The translations under genes were made by a program, and so were the position numbers. A stretch of 64,000 nt of DNA from an uncultured Chromatiaceae bacterium. Its GTDB lineage: Bacteria; Pseudomonadota; Gammaproteobacteria; Chromatiales; Chromatiaceae. The DNA lies in assembly GCA_937923175.1 (NCBI GenBank), contig CALALB010000039.1:4963-68962 (forward strand), given 5' to 3'. Within the stretch, counting starts at the first letter, position 1. Each line of letters begins with the position of its first letter. Positions 63,010 to 64,000 of this stretch are shown here, piece after piece. Below the pieces are notes generated by a model. It saw only the letters and a program-made list of their open reading frames with translations, had not been told where the DNA came from and did not search any database.

Positions 63010-63675
63010 CTAATCCAGATCCGGGGTATGGCCTGAGACGGCAAAGACAGCGCGCTCGGCGATATTGGTCGCGCGATCGGCCACCCGCTCATAGTTGTGG
63101 GCAATCCATAGGAGATAGGTCCCGTTTTCGGTGAACTCGGGCTCTGTCCGCATCCGTTCTAGGATCTGGGCAATGAACATATCCTCGTCGCGGTCAATCC
63201 GTGGCTCATCGGCAACCGCGGCGCGCAGACTCGATTCATCGGCATGGGAGAGAAACGCAGCGAGGGTTCGTTCGAGCATGGCGATGGAGGCATTGGCCAG
63301 ATCGATGATCGCGGCCACCGCTCCCTCGGGCAGCGGCGGCTGGACATCCCGGGCGATGATCAGGGCCACGTCCGCGGCATAATCGCCGATCCGCTCGAGC
63401 TCTGAGGCCATCTCCAGACAGGCGCCGATGGCCCGCAGGTCCTCAGCGGCGGGTTTAAAGGCGGCCAGGGCCACCAGGCATTCCTGCTCCAACAGCCGAC
63501 GCTGTTGGTTGATGAGCCGATCATCCATCATGATCTGCTGCGCCAATGCCTTGTCCTGGGTACGCACGCATTCGATCGACTGCTGCAAGGCAGCAGCGAC
63601 CTGTGAGCCAAGCTCACGGACCCGCTCCTGGATCTGCGAGCGTTTTTTCCGAACCAGGTTCGTTAGATGCGACAT
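63010..63675 (-). CDS. phoU: phosphate signalling complex protein PhoU
   Basis: Two PhoU repeats (RLINQQRRLLEQECLVALAAFKPAAEDLRAIGACLEMASELERIGDYA and ...LWIAHNYERVADRATNIAE). ATG 63675 is preceded by GGAG. Confidence 0.85.
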   Translation of the reverse strand: MSHLTNLVRKKRSQIQERVRELGSQVAAALQQSIECVRTQDKALAQQIMMDDRLINQQRRLLEQECLVALAAFKPAAEDLRAIGACLEMASELERIGDYAADVALIIARDVQPPLPEGAVAAIIDLANASIAMLERTLAAFLSHADESSLRAAVADEPRIDRDEDMFIAQILERMRTEPEFTENGTYLLWIAHNYERVADRATNIAERAVFAVSGHTPDLD

Positions 63676-64000
63676 GGCTCCATCCTCGGGTGATCTATTC
63701 AATGAATGGCAAGGCGATGATCGCCCGCCTCGCTCGAAGTAGCCTAACCGCTGGCCTGGGGTTAGAGGAGCTCCGACTCGGTTTGGCCCTGGCCCAGACG
63801 TCCGCTCCGAGCCGTGCCTTGCGGGGCGCGGTCGAACATGGCGGCGCTCGGCGCTTTGCCGATCGACCCCTCTATCCTCATTGAGATCCGAACCCTGGGC
63901 AGAGTTCGCCCGGTTGACCGGATTGGGCCATTGCCCCAGTGGGCGGCCTAGCCAATTTTAGCCTCCGTCTGGGTCTCGATAGAGCGATGAGCCGCATTTT

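Noticed and set aside
63703-64000. Possible 3' end of pstB upstream of phoU.
   Set aside because: Two minus-strand frames contain stops. The only largely open frame gives a non-PstB-like peptide and is closed by a stop at 63958-63960.

Overview
High-GC chromosomal window, probably gammaproteobacterial. That guess rests on gene order only (thiS-thiG-trmB, fliC-flaG-fliD-fliS, rplM-rpsI); no search was possible.

Coordinates 1-27 kb are mostly housekeeping genes: dnaE 3' part, tsaB, prlC, a PAS-GGDEF cyclase, tRNA-Ser, nhaD, trmB, thiGS, glgC/glgB, asnB, pyrD and small stress-type genes.

Coordinates 27.2-43.8 kb are the unusual part. It is a dense envelope/protein-glycosylation island containing:
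- a PIG-L deacetylase, a TPR-GT41 (SPINDLY/OGT-like) transferase and a GNAT-like protein;
- two GT4 genes, one GT2 gene and a DUF2304 gene;
- two large polytopic membrane proteins;
- three signal-peptide proteins that I cannot place in a functional family.

This island directly abuts a flagellar filament locus (fliS, fliD, flaG, fliC). In that locus FliD is oversized (812 aa) and FliC is long (700 aa), and both have duplicated modules. A decayed TnpB (IS605/IS607-type) remnant lies between fliD and fliS.

Upstream of fliC are a sigma28-type promoter and a divergent pair: a receptor-type Ser/Thr kinase fused to an FGE-sulfatase domain, and an FHA protein.

The window ends with a small ferredoxin-like gene, REP-like repeats, rplM-rpsI, tRNA-Gln, recD, recB and phoU. 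No CRISPR array, rRNA or intact mobile element was seen.

All family calls come from motif recognition by eye. Start codons marked as revised were checked against the nucleotide sequence.
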